From assembly GCA_946538065.1 (NCBI GenBank), contig CAMNGH010000001.1, positions 1 through 58,923 of the forward strand: a stretch of 58,923 nt of DNA, in the 5' to 3' direction. Made by a program: the position numbers and the translations under genes. Shown one piece after another: positions 1 to 9,499 of this stretch; the first letter of the stretch is position 1; every line of letters starts with the position of its first letter. The notes under the pieces are model-generated. The model was not told the DNA's origin. It was given only the letters and a program-made list of their open reading frames with translations, and did not search any database. This stretch comes from an uncultured Holosporaceae bacterium (lineage in GTDB: Bacteria; Pseudomonadota; Alphaproteobacteria; UBA3830).

Positions 1-104
1 ATGGCATGCTTTAAAGTAGATACGCCGTCTATTTGAAAATCTCCCTCGCCGATTTTCTTAAAACCGCAAATAACCGCGAGTTCTGATACCATAATTTTTT
101 TCAT
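1..104 (-). CDS. lpxD: UDP-3-O-acylglucosamine N-acyltransferase LpxD, first 34 codons only (gene runs off the window start)
   Basis: Reverse translation from ATG at 104 gives MKKIMVSELAVICGFKKIGEGDFQIDGVSTLKHA, matching the LpxD N-terminal pattern (compare E. coli ..[29 protein letters not shown]). It lies directly downstream of bamA-skp, the conserved cluster order. Absent from the ORF track because it is truncated. Confidence 0.55.
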   Translation of the reverse strand, partial: MKKIMVSELAVICGFKKIGEGDFQIDGVSTLKHA

Positions 105-138
105 TTCCCCGAAAAAATTTTTATCTATCATTTTTTCC

Positions 139-645
139 TCAGTTCGCTTCTATCCTTACCTTAATTGAAAGATTTCGCTTGTTAAGCTCGTTTATTGTCT
201 CTGATGTTATATTAACGCAAGCAGAATCATCAAAGTAAACTATCGCATCTTGAGCTATAACTACGTTTATCTTCTTGCGCTTACAAAGTTCTTTAATAAC
301 CTGCTTTATCTCTTTATCCAACTGCGTTATTGCTTTGTTATAACCTGCGGAAATTGCGTACTTTTTCTCTCGCACCATGTCGTACAGCATTACCTGTAAT
401 TCTTCGATTTTATGAGTATCCGCGCTTGTTTTTTTGGTGTTATCCATCGACTTTATTTGACCTTCAATTTCCGACAATTCTGCTTTGGAATCATCGTTAA
501 TTTTTTTTACTTGCTCTTCGATGCTTTTCCCAGCAGAAGACTCTGCGGCCACCTTTTTCAAATCTACCACAGCAATCTTAACGCCTTTTCCAAAAACCGA
601 AAAGCTCACTAATAACAAAAATAGCGCATATAATCGCATACGCAT
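139..645 (-). CDS. skp: periplasmic chaperone Skp/OmpH
   Basis: ~168 aa with a signal peptide and Lys/Glu-rich coiled-coil composition typical of OmpH/Skp. Immediately downstream of bamA. ATG at 645 overlaps the bamA stop (TGATG); the track start at 648 is GTG. Confidence 0.85.
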   Translation of the reverse strand: MRMRLYALFLLLVSFSVFGKGVKIAVVDLKKVAAESSAGKSIEEQVKKINDDSKAELSEIEGQIKSMDNTKKTSADTHKIEELQVMLYDMVREKKYAISAGYNKAITQLDKEIKQVIKELCKRKKINVVIAQDAIVYFDDSACVNITSETINELNKRNLSIKVRIEAN

Positions 646-2942
646 CACATAAATCCTGTCAATGTAAACGTTTGTTTCATATCAAACGATTTCTTCTTCA
701 ATGGGAAACCGAATACAAACGATAAAGGAACCCCTAATGGAGATCTAGCCCACTCAATTGCAACACCAGCAGAAATTCTCATTGCGCTGGAATCCTTTAC
801 CTGTTCTTTGCTGTACCTTGTTCCCCATGCGCTACCAAAATCAAGGAACGCTACACCGTTCATACCGATTTCTCTTGTAGATAACGGAGCTTTCACCATA
901 AAACTCAACGTCCAATATTTATTTCCACCAACGCTGTTATTTTTTAAATCACGAGTTCCGACACCATATGAATCGAATCCACGCATACTGATTCCATCTC
1001 CGCCGAGCGCATATCTGTCACAGCTTCTTGTATTCCTGATTTCTTTTATATAACCGATATTTCCGCTTGTTACGAAAGTTAACTTCTGAGTCAACGGATA
1101 ATAATAATTCGAACTCAATTCGTTCTTGAAATATCGAACACCGCCTCCAAGTCCCGCATAAGAGTTCGTCATGGAAATATCATAACCATCTCTAGGTTCA
1201 TATGGATTATCCGTCGCGTTATAGAACAGAACCGACGTCAATTCACCACATGTAAACTTACCGTATTCATCTCTCATCAACGGAGTATTTACGACATTGC
1301 TTGGTACACTGCTATACAATTTACCATCTGCTTTGTTCCACCAAGATCTGTCGTTATGCGACAAAGTATACGCAACTTTATGACCTATATGCTCACTTAT
1401 ACCGTAGCGGAAGAATGGTGATATATATGCAGATTTCGTGATACTTTGATCGACCTTCTTTCTGTCATATCTGTGTGCTCCGACATTAACTCCAACTCCG
1501 AAATTTTTATCCATAAAGCGTGGTTCGAAAATTCCGGCTTTGCATCCGTAGTATTTCTGCATCCAGAACACATCAGTCGAAACTGAACGCCCCGTTCCGA
1601 ACAAGTTATTTTCAACGAATCCGACAAAACCTCCGAAGCCGTCAGAGTCACTGACGTTTAATCCGAAACGCAGCTGCGCTGTACTCTCTTTTTCTTTTAC
1701 ATTTACAATCAAGACTCGCTTATCTTCTGTCGAGCCGGGTTTATCACTAATTTGGACATCTTCAAAATACCCCATACCTTTCAGACGTTCCACTGTACGC
1801 TGGATTTTATATGCGTTAAATGCATCGCCTTCATGTACAGAAAACTCACGACGAATTACTCTATCCAATGTCCGAGTATTCCCAACAATTTCGATTCTCT
1901 CGATAAACGCCTTTGGTCTTTTTACAATTGTATAATTTACACTCGCTGTTTTGTTTACTTTGTCATAATCAATTTTAACATCAACATCGATAAACGGATT
2001 ATCTTGCAGTGAAACTTCTTTTCTAATTTTATCTCTTGTTGAATTTATCAAACCTTCGTTGAAAAGAATTCCATCTTTTATTTCAATAAATTTTTCAAAA
2101 TCTTTCGCGCTGATTTTATCAACGGTAGAGTGCAGGCTGACACCCTTTATCTTATATTTATCCCCTTCTTCTAAAGTAAAGGTGCAATAATGTGATTTCT
2201 TATCGAAATCCATTTCAGCCGATGTAGAAACGACCATAAAAAACGGATAGCCGTTATTTTTATAAAAAGTCGTCAGATTTTCTATATCAACATCAATCTT
2301 ATCTTCCCTGAAAACATGACTTTCATAATCCCAGAAACGCCAAATTTTTTCTTCTTTCGTTGATAGAATATCTTTCAGCTCATCATCACTGAAATTTTTA
2401 TTTCCAATGAACAAAATCTTCTTTACTGTCGTTTTGTTTCCTTCATGAATTTCGAAAACTAAATCGATTTTGTTTCCGGTTCTTCTGATAATTTTCGGAT
2501 TTATATTCGCGGAATAATATCCCAACGTTTTATAAGCCAACTGCAAATCCGACAGAATATCTTTTACAACAGATAAACTAAACAGACGCCCCTCACCTAT
2601 TCTGCCGTTAATAACATTTTTCAATGCATCATTGCTTGCCGCATCGTTCCCCTCGAATGCAACCTTATCAACCATAGGTCTTTCCTGACAGATAACAACC
2701 AGAGAACTGCCTCTCTTCGCAAATTTTATATGAGAAAAAAATCCCTTTTGATAAAGATTTTTCAATGATGTATCGACATCTTTTTGAGTATATTCACGAT
2801 TTGGTTTGATTGTAATACTATCTTCAATCGCCGCGATTTCGACTCTGTCGAGTCCTTCATATTCTATTTTATTGACCACATCAGCCGAAGTTTTAAAACA
2901 AAATAAACCTATGACGGGAGCGAGTAAAACAATCTTCTTCAT
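645..2942 (-). CDS. bamA: outer membrane protein assembly factor BamA (Omp85)
   Basis: 765 aa with a signal peptide, POTRA-like repeats (e.g. IEIVGNTRTLDRVIRREF, KKILFIGNKNFSDDELK) and a C-terminal beta-barrel ending in an aromatic residue. Sits in the rseP-bamA-skp-lpxD context. Confidence 0.95.
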   Translation of the reverse strand: MKKIVLLAPVIGLFCFKTSADVVNKIEYEGLDRVEIAAIEDSITIKPNREYTQKDVDTSLKNLYQKGFFSHIKFAKRGSSLVVICQERPMVDKVAFEGNDAASNDALKNVINGRIGEGRLFSLSVVKDILSDLQLAYKTLGYYSANINPKIIRRTGNKIDLVFEIHEGNKTTVKKILFIGNKNFSDDELKDILSTKEEKIWRFWDYESHVFREDKIDVDIENLTTFYKNNGYPFFMVVSTSAEMDFDKKSHYCTFTLEEGDKYKIKGVSLHSTVDKISAKDFEKFIEIKDGILFNEGLINSTRDKIRKEVSLQDNPFIDVDVKIDYDKVNKTASVNYTIVKRPKAFIERIEIVGNTRTLDRVIRREFSVHEGDAFNAYKIQRTVERLKGMGYFEDVQISDKPGSTEDKRVLIVNVKEKESTAQLRFGLNVSDSDGFGGFVGFVENNLFGTGRSVSTDVFWMQKYYGCKAGIFEPRFMDKNFGVGVNVGAHRYDRKKVDQSITKSAYISPFFRYGISEHIGHKVAYTLSHNDRSWWNKADGKLYSSVPSNVVNTPLMRDEYGKFTCGELTSVLFYNATDNPYEPRDGYDISMTNSYAGLGGGVRYFKNELSSNYYYPLTQKLTFVTSGNIGYIKEIRNTRSCDRYALGGDGISMRGFDSYGVGTRDLKNNSVGGNKYWTLSFMVKAPLSTREIGMNGVAFLDFGSAWGTRYSKEQVKDSSAMRISAGVAIEWARSPLGVPLSFVFGFPLKKKSFDMKQTFTLTGFM

Positions 2943-2946
2943 AAAA

Positions 2947-4077
2947 CTACCTCACAATATTCGAAATAAACTTCTCAACAGCATTAATACGCAAAATATC
3001 ATTCACAGTCGTTGCCAACATTATCAATATCAACAACCCTGCACATGCAATCATAATATATTCTTCAAATTTTTCATTAAGTTTTCTTTTTGTAATCTGC
3101 TCAATAAAACACAATAATATTCTTCCGCCATCCAAAACCGGCAACGGAAACAGATTAATAAATCCAAGATTCAAAGACAATGCCACGGTAAACATTATCA
3201 ACATTGCGAAATTGCCTTCTTTCGATAAGTCACCAGCGATAGTCGTTATACGAACAATTCCGCCGAAATCATCTAATGATTTTTTCCCGGCGAATAATTG
3301 CGCAAACATATGCCCCATTTCTTTTGTGGAATATACGCATTCTTGAAATGCACGCACAACTGCCCCGGTAAAACTTTTCTTTTCAAATACCGGATCTGCC
3401 GAACGAATACCCACCAGCTTCGTTTTTTTTGTTCTTCCGATTAATGTTTTAGTCTCTTTAATTTCAGGAGAAAGAACTATATTTTTCTGTACACCATTAC
3501 GTTCTACGAGAAAATCCAACTTTCCCGTTTCGTCTTTCATAATATTGATAACTATTTCTCTGTATTTTTTTATCGCATGTCCGTTAACAGAAATAACCCT
3601 GTCTCCAACAGATAAACCTGCTTTCGCTGCCGGACTGTTTTCTTGAACACTACCAATGATAGGTTCATAGGTCGGAATTCCGTAAAATAATCCCATAGCG
3701 ATAACTACAACAAACGCATATATATAATTAAATAGGGGGCCACCAAACGCCACCCAAATTTTTTCCCAATTTGTTTTACTGGAAATAGCTTGTTTACGTT
3801 CTTCCTCCGCCAAATTTTTTACGTTTTTATCTTCTGTTGCTGATGCAATATCGCCATCACCAAGCATCATAACGAAACCGCCTACAGGAAATAATGAAAA
3901 ACACCAGCGTGTGCCATGCTTATCGGTAAAGCCGAAAATTTCAGGCCCCATTCCAATAGAAAATTTCGTCACTTTTACACCGACCTGTTTTGCTGTTAAA
4001 AAATGCCCATACTCATGTACAACAACGATTATGTTAACTATAAGAAAAAACGAAATTATGTAATATAAAATACTCAT
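2947..4077 (-). CDS. rseP: RIP site-2 zinc metalloprotease RseP
   Basis: HEYGH zinc motif about 20 aa from the N-terminus, a PDZ region (AAKAGLSVGDRVISVNG) and a C-terminal LDGG motif. ATG at 4077 is preferred over the TTG at 4104, which overlaps cdsA. Confidence 0.92.
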   Translation of the reverse strand: MSILYYIISFFLIVNIIVVVHEYGHFLTAKQVGVKVTKFSIGMGPEIFGFTDKHGTRWCFSLFPVGGFVMMLGDGDIASATEDKNVKNLAEEERKQAISSKTNWEKIWVAFGGPLFNYIYAFVVVIAMGLFYGIPTYEPIIGSVQENSPAAKAGLSVGDRVISVNGHAIKKYREIVINIMKDETGKLDFLVERNGVQKNIVLSPEIKETKTLIGRTKKTKLVGIRSADPVFEKKSFTGAVVRAFQECVYSTKEMGHMFAQLFAGKKSLDDFGGIVRITTIAGDLSKEGNFAMLIMFTVALSLNLGFINLFPLPVLDGGRILLCFIEQITKRKLNEKFEEYIMIACAGLLILIMLATTVNDILRINAVEKFISNIVR

Positions 4078-4087
4078 AGGAATAAAC

Positions 4088-4801
4088 TTAAAAAAACATA
4101 TCAATCAAAACGAAAACAATAGATGCCATAAGCAAACTATCACACCTATCTAACATACCACCATGTCCCGGAAACATATCGCTCATATCTTTCACTGCCA
4201 AACGTCTTTTGAAAAATGATTCCAGTAAGTCACCGACCACCGCGGATAAAATCAAAATCTGAACTACAAATATATTGTCCCATTTTATTGGCAGGCACAT
4301 TCCACGAATACACGTCGTAAAGAGTAAATCCTGCAGACACAAATACCCTATGTTCGCTAAAACAAATCCGCCGAAAAATCCTGCCCACGTTTTTTTAGGA
4401 CTGATTTTTGGACACAATTTTGGCCCCTTAATAATTTTTCCAAACATATAAGCACCAATATCGGTTAAGCTTGCCGTACAAATCAAAAAACCGCATCCAA
4501 CGGCACCACAAGAATACAAACAACGAACAAAAGCGCTTATTCCGACAAAACAAAAAATTGCCGCACTAATCCGCAACAAAATACGTCCCTTAATTTTCGG
4601 AGAGAAAATTTCATACGCCATAATCGCATACACTCCGCAACACAATATTGCGAAAACGTAACGAGGAACAAAAAACAACGTAACAACTATCGGAACGAAC
4701 ATAAAAGATGAAACAACTCGAGTCAGAAACTCTTTTTTATCACTGACTCCGATGGTTACTGTTTCACTTACCATATCGTCTTTTCCTTTGCGAGAACTCA
4801 T
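4088..4801 (-). CDS. cdsA: phosphatidate cytidylyltransferase CdsA
   Basis: Polytopic membrane protein with the CTP-transferase signature region (SFFKRRLAVKDMSDMFPGHGGMLDRCDS). Sits in the uppS-cdsA-rseP order. An alternative ATG at 4774 is possible. Confidence 0.9.
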   Translation of the reverse strand: MSSRKGKDDMVSETVTIGVSDKKEFLTRVVSSFMFVPIVVTLFFVPRYVFAILCCGVYAIMAYEIFSPKIKGRILLRISAAIFCFVGISAFVRCLYSCGAVGCGFLICTASLTDIGAYMFGKIIKGPKLCPKISPKKTWAGFFGGFVLANIGYLCLQDLLFTTCIRGMCLPIKWDNIFVVQILILSAVVGDLLESFFKRRLAVKDMSDMFPGHGGMLDRCDSLLMASIVFVLIDMFF

Positions 4802-5456
4802 CTACTATAGCCTTTAAATCATCTTCGTTGAAGTCCGGCCACAACTTATCCAGAAAAAATATTTCGGAATAAGCCAACTGCCATATCAAAAAGTTACTGA
4901 TGCGTTGCTCGCTTGTTCTTACAACGGCATCAGGATATGGTAGTTTTTTCGTATCCAAGTACGAGGCGAACCTTTCTTCAGTTATATCATTAATTGAACA
5001 TTTTTCATCAGAAATATCTCGAGCGATTTTCTTCATCGCCCTTATAATTTCGTCACGACCACCATAATTAATAGCTGCAATTATTGTAAGCGCAGTATTA
5101 TTTGCAGTTGTGTCTTCTAAATATTTAATTTTTTCAAATATATCTTTCGGAAATTTTGTAACATCACCAATCGTGACAAACCTAAAATTATTCCGCGCAA
5201 AATATTCTCCAGCATCAAACACTTCTCTGAAAAGACCGAATAACCCTTTTACCTCTTCCTTTGAACGATTCCAATTTTCAGTTGAAAACGCATAGTACGT
5301 TACATACTTAATACCATACTTCGGAAGAACTTCCGTTATTTTTCTTACCGCTTCGTACCCTTTTTTATGACCGCTAAGCGCCGGCATTCCGTGAGCTTTA
5401 GCCCAGCGACGATTTCCGTCTAAAATAAAAGCGATATGTTCCAGCGAATTATCCAT
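4764..5456 (-). CDS. uppS: di-trans,poly-cis-undecaprenyl-diphosphate synthase UppS
   Basis: HIAFILDGNRRWA N-terminal motif, FSTENWNR, and RTSEQRISNFLIWQLAYSE near the C-terminus. Confidence 0.95.
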   Translation of the reverse strand: MDNSLEHIAFILDGNRRWAKAHGMPALSGHKKGYEAVRKITEVLPKYGIKYVTYYAFSTENWNRSKEEVKGLFGLFREVFDAGEYFARNNFRFVTIGDVTKFPKDIFEKIKYLEDTTANNTALTIIAAINYGGRDEIIRAMKKIARDISDEKCSINDITEERFASYLDTKKLPYPDAVVRTSEQRISNFLIWQLAYSEIFFLDKLWPDFNEDDLKAIVDEFSQRKRRYGK

Positions 5457-6002
5457 TTACACTTTCATTATTTCTTTTTCCTTGACGGACAGAGCTGTAT
5501 CAATTTTTTTAATGTACTCATCCGTAAGTTTTTGAATATCATCCGACAATTTTTTCAGTTGATCTTCTGTGATTTCTTTATTCTTTTCCTGCTTCTTCGC
5601 GTCGTCCATTCCTTCGCGTCTTACGTTACGAATAGCGATGCGAGTTTGTTCGGCATATTTTCCCGCCAGCTTACAAATCTCTTTTCTTCTCTCTTCACTC
5701 AACTCAGGAATGGAGATTCTTATCAATTGACCGTCTACCATTGGACTTAATCCGATAGGCGCGTTTCTGATGGCAACTTCCGTCGGCTTAATCAATGACG
5801 AATCCCAAACTTGCACCGTCAACAACCTTGCTTCAGGCGCGCTAATCGTTCCCACCTGCTGAAGAGGAACCATACTTCCATACGCTTCAACCATGATGTT
5901 ATCCAAAATCGTAACGGAGGCACGACCTGTTCTCAAACTGCCGAAATCTCTCATGAGATTATCAATCGCAGCATTCATTTTTTTCTTTAAATTATCTAGC
6001 AT
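5457..6002 (-). CDS. frr: ribosome recycling factor
   Basis: 181 aa with typical Frr motifs (FGSLRTGRASVTILD, PELSEERRKE). Confidence 0.96.
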   Translation of the reverse strand: MLDNLKKKMNAAIDNLMRDFGSLRTGRASVTILDNIMVEAYGSMVPLQQVGTISAPEARLLTVQVWDSSLIKPTEVAIRNAPIGLSPMVDGQLIRISIPELSEERRKEICKLAGKYAEQTRIAIRNVRREGMDDAKKQEKNKEITEDQLKKLSDDIQKLTDEYIKKIDTALSVKEKEIMKV

Positions 6003-6017
6003 TGCTTTCTCCTCTTT

Positions 6018-6728
6018 TCAGCATATCACAGAACACTGTCCGTTTCCTGCTATAACTTTTTCCAAATTTCCCGGTTCTTTTATTGAGCAAACGACAATCG
6101 GTATATTGTTTTCACGAGCCAAAGTCACCGCCGTATGATCCATCACCTTGATATCCTTTTCCAATACATCTTTGTAAGACAGTTGTTCCAAAAACTTAGC
6201 ATTCGGATTTTTTACGGGATCATCAGTGTACACTCCGGGAACTTTCGTCGCTTTCACCAGCACATCGCAATCTGTTTCCAACGCTCTTAACGCAGCTGCC
6301 GTGTCCGTCGTGAAATAAGGATTTCCCGAACCCGCCGCACAAATAATCACGCGCCCCTTTTGCAAATGTCTCAACGCTTTTCGTCTGATATACGGCTCAC
6401 ACACATTCGGCATACTGATTGCCGACATCACTCGACACTGTACACCTATTTTTTCCAAAGAATTTTGAAACGCAACTGAGTTCATAACCGTTGCGAGCAT
6501 ACCGATATTGTCCGCCGCGGCTCTGTGCATTCCGTAAGCGGCAGCGGAAACACCTCTGAAAATATTTCCACCACCGATTACAACACACACTTCTACTCCA
6601 CTGTCATAGACAGCTTTCACCTCGTTAGCGATTCTGTCCACAGTCTTTACGTCGAGACCGAACTCCAAATCGCCCATAAGAAATTCGCCGGACAATTTTA
6701 AAAGTATGCGACGATATTTCTTACCCAT
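6018..6728 (-). CDS. pyrH: UMP kinase
   Basis: [12 protein letters not shown]-terminus and [11 protein letters not shown] motif. Sits in the tsf-pyrH-frr order. Confidence 0.96.
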   Translation of the reverse strand: MGKKYRRILLKLSGEFLMGDLEFGLDVKTVDRIANEVKAVYDSGVEVCVVIGGGNIFRGVSAAAYGMHRAAADNIGMLATVMNSVAFQNSLEKIGVQCRVMSAISMPNVCEPYIRRKALRHLQKGRVIICAAGSGNPYFTTDTAAALRALETDCDVLVKATKVPGVYTDDPVKNPNAKFLEQLSYKDVLEKDIKVMDHTAVTLARENNIPIVVCSIKEPGNLEKVIAGNGQCSVIC

Positions 6729-6744
6729 GAGTTTTCTCCTGACT

Positions 6745-7668
6745 CTAGCCTAATTGCGCGGCAACCTCCGCGGCAAAGTCGACCGTTTGTTTTTCGATTC
6801 CCTCGCCGAGAACGAACTTGATAAATCCTTTAACGGTGATTGGCGCGCCGATTTCTTTTGCGGCTTCCGCAACCACATCTTTTACCCTGCTGGTACCGTC
6901 AATGACATACACTTGCTCGAGCAAAACGACTTCTTCGTAGAATTTTCTGATGCGTCCTTCAACGATTTTCGCAATGAATTGCTCCGGCTTTCCGCTGTTC
7001 TTAGCTTGCTCGGAAACAACGCTCTTTTCTCTCTCCAACAACGCCGGATCCAAGTCTTCAATTGTCGTAGATTGAGGATTCGCCGCTGCGATGTGCATAG
7101 CGATTTTTTTACCGAGCTCCAGCAATTTCGCCTTATCACCCGTTGACTCCAACGCAACCAAAATTCCGATTTTTCCGAGATTCGCGGAAATTTTATTGTG
7201 AACGTATGAAGCAATTACGCCGTTATTCACACTCATGTGAGCGACACGACGCAGTGTCATATTTTCACCGATAACCGCAATTAAGTTCGTCAACTCATCA
7301 GCGACATTACGTCCCGTATTCGGATACTCTTTCGTCTTCAACGCTTCGATATCGGCATTGCTCTCGCAAGCGATAGTTACAACATCGTCGACGTATTTCT
7401 GGAAAAGTTCGTTTCTCGCAACGAAATCCGTTTCGGCATTGACCTCAATCAAAGAACCTTTTGTTCCGTTGACGCAAACGCCGACCAAACCTTCAGCAGC
7501 AACTCTGCCGGACTTTTTTGCGGCAGCCGCCAAACCTTTTTTGCGCAACCAATCGATAGCTTCCTCGATATTTCCGTCACAAGCGACCAACGCCTTCTTG
7601 CAATCCATCATACCGGCACTTGTACGCTCTCTGAGAGCTTTTACGTCCGCTGCAGTAATTTCAGCCAT
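6745..7668 (-). CDS. tsf: translation elongation factor Ts
   Basis: [27 protein letters not shown]-like N-terminus, 307 aa, directly downstream of rpsB. Confidence 0.96.
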   Translation of the reverse strand: MAEITAADVKALRERTSAGMMDCKKALVACDGNIEEAIDWLRKKGLAAAAKKSGRVAAEGLVGVCVNGTKGSLIEVNAETDFVARNELFQKYVDDVVTIACESNADIEALKTKEYPNTGRNVADELTNLIAVIGENMTLRRVAHMSVNNGVIASYVHNKISANLGKIGILVALESTGDKAKLLELGKKIAMHIAAANPQSTTIEDLDPALLEREKSVVSEQAKNSGKPEQFIAKIVEGRIRKFYEEVVLLEQVYVIDGTSRVKDVVAEAAKEIGAPITVKGFIKFVLGEGIEKQTVDFAAEVAAQLG

Positions 7669-7683
7669 ATTCCGTCTCCCGTC

Positions 7684-8487
7684 TTACTCGTTTACTTCAT
7701 CTTGAGCTTCGGAAGCTTCTTCCTGCTCTTCACTTACTTGTTCTTCGTTAGCCTGCTCAACAACCGGATTCTCTAACGCTCCGACATCAACGCCGGCTGA
7801 AGTCAATCCTTTCTGGATACCTTCGATAACCGCGTTTTCAATAGCCGTGCAGTACAAATCTATTGCTCTGGTGGAATCGTCGTTTCCTGCGATAGGATAA
7901 TCGACCAAAGTCGGATCTGAGTTCGTATCGCAAATACCGATAACAGGAATTCCCAACACGCGAGCTTCCTGCACCGCCGTCTTATCCATTGTCACGTCCA
8001 ACACGAACAATAAAGAAGGAATTCCGCCCATGTTACGGACACCGCCGAGCGCCTTGTTCAACTTCGCAATATCTCTTTCGGTATTCAAAATTTCTTTTTT
8101 CTTCAGCGTAATGTTTTCATCCTGAAGTCTGTTCTCCAATGTCTCCAACTTTTTAATGGAGCGTGAAACAGTCTTCCAGTTCGTCAGCATACCGCCGAGC
8201 CAACGATGGTTGACATAGTACTGACCGCAACGTGCCGCCGCTTCAGCAACTCTTTCCGTCGCTTGTCTTTTCGTTCCAACGAACAAAATACGACCGCCAC
8301 TTGCTGCAATATCAGTTGCGACCTTTATCGCTTCCTGCAACATAGCGTGTGTCTTGTCCAAATTGATAATGTGAATTTTATCTTTTGAACCAAAAATATA
8401 AGGCGCCATTTTCGGATTCCAACGACGTGTTTGGTGACCGAAATGTACACCTGCCTCTAATAAATCTTTAATCGAAATGTTTTGCAT
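7684..8487 (-). CDS. rpsB: 30S ribosomal protein S2 (with acidic C-terminal tail)
   Basis: LLEAGVHFGHQTRRWNPKM motif, 267 aa, Glu/Gln-rich C-terminal extension. Confidence 0.97.
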   Translation of the reverse strand: MQNISIKDLLEAGVHFGHQTRRWNPKMAPYIFGSKDKIHIINLDKTHAMLQEAIKVATDIAASGGRILFVGTKRQATERVAEAAARCGQYYVNHRWLGGMLTNWKTVSRSIKKLETLENRLQDENITLKKKEILNTERDIAKLNKALGGVRNMGGIPSLLFVLDVTMDKTAVQEARVLGIPVIGICDTNSDPTLVDYPIAGNDDSTRAIDLYCTAIENAVIEGIQKGLTSAGVDVGALENPVVEQANEEQVSEEQEEASEAQDEVNE

Positions 8488-8548
8488 AATACTCCTCTTT
8501 CTTCGGTTAAAACAGAGAAAATCAGGCTCATCCCAACTTCCTCACCTC

Positions 8549-8613
8549 CGCAGAAACTAACGCCGAAACCTCGGACCGAACGGACATTTAGACTCTAAAC
8601 ACCCATTTCTGCG
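8549..8613 (-). promoter_or_regulatory. candidate structured 5' leader of rpsB (three-way junction)
   Basis: On the minus-strand RNA, CGCAGAAA (8613-8606) pairs perfectly with UUUCUGCG (8556-8549). This stem encloses two hairpins: UUUAGAgUCUAAA (8587-8599) and CCGAgguuUCGG (8563-8574). It lies between the predicted promoter and the rpsB SD/ATG. Confidence 0.3.
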
Positions 8614-8626
8614 TGCGTACAAAGTA

Positions 8627-8655
8627 TTTATACACATAAATCATAAAAAACTCAA
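8627..8655 (-). promoter_or_regulatory. predicted sigma70-type promoter for rpsB-tsf
   Basis: Minus strand reads TTGAGT (8655-8650), 17 nt, TATAAA (8632-8627). This predicts a ~130-nt leader. Confidence 0.35.
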
Positions 8656-8897
8656 TGAGAGGCGAGAAAATGTAACTTGAAAATTAAAAACAGAGGCAGA
8701 AAACAAGCGCTCACCTGATTAACAAATGGACGCTTAGATGTTCTTAGTACATTATTGTTTGAATTCTTTCGAATTTCTCACCTTCTATTTCCACATTCAG
8801 ATAACTACGTTATGATTAATCTTAATGCAATTATCTGTAATGCATTATTGTACGAATGTGATTAATTTTTCACGATCTGATATGAAGAAACATCGTT

Positions 8898-8920
8898 GAT
8901 AGTATCACCATGATACTATC
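8898..8920 (-). terminator. perfect 10-bp inverted repeat downstream of the rsmD stop (possible terminator or protein-binding site)
   Basis: GATAGTATCA-cca-TGATACTATC, 25 nt past the rsmD stop on the minus strand. No clean U-tract follows, so terminator function is uncertain. Confidence 0.3.
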
Positions 8921-8944
8921 ATGACGTTTATCAAAAGTTAACTG

Positions 8945-9499
8945 CTATGCGCAACTCATCTCAAACACTCGAAACAAGGATATTCCCAGCTGTTTGGACG
9001 TAATCAGTTTCAAGAAAGATAAATCTTCTGCGTTGTTTTTGTCTTCTTCTGTTATCAAAAACGCGTGTTCCGCGAGCCAATTGGTTTGTGTCAGTCGCTC
9101 TATCGTTTCCGCAATGGAAACTTTTCCGTACGGAGGATCGAGAAATACGATATCGCACTTCTGCTGTTTCGGATTGCGGATTTTCGTAATATCCTCGCAA
9201 ATAATTGTCGCATCTTTTGCAATGTTCAGCTGCCCCACATTCGTACGCAGAGTTGCTATTGCTTCCCTGTCCTTATCAACGAAAAAAGCATGTCGTGCCC
9301 CTCTGGACAATGCTTCTATTCCCAAAGCGCCCGCTCCCGCGAAGCAATCAAGAATTATTTTATCTTCGAAAAATCCGTTTTGCAGGGCCTCTAAAGAATC
9401 AAACAGCGATTGCCGAAATCTGGATAAAGTCGGACGCGCAGAAGGCGGAGCGCCGATTACTCTTCCCTTATATTTTCCCGCGATAACGCGAATGGACAT
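8945..9499 (-). CDS. rsmD: 16S rRNA (guanine966-N2)-methyltransferase RsmD
   Basis: IRVIAGKYKGR N-terminus, DCFAGAGALGIEALSRGA SAM-binding motif and DPPY catalytic motif. ATG overlaps the suhB stop (TAATG). Confidence 0.88.
   Translation of the reverse strand: MSIRVIAGKYKGRVIGAPPSARPTLSRFRQSLFDSLEALQNGFFEDKIILDCFAGAGALGIEALSRGARHAFFVDKDREAIATLRTNVGQLNIAKDATIICEDITKIRNPKQQKCDIVFLDPPYGKVSIAETIERLTQTNWLAEHAFLITEEDKNNAEDLSFLKLITSKQLGISLFRVFEMSCA

Noticed and set aside
8708-8718. 11-mer cgctcacctga shared with 27260-27270, considered as another dispersed repeat
   Set aside because: The match does not extend beyond ~14 nt, and hundreds of chance 11-mer matches are expected in a 59-kb window.
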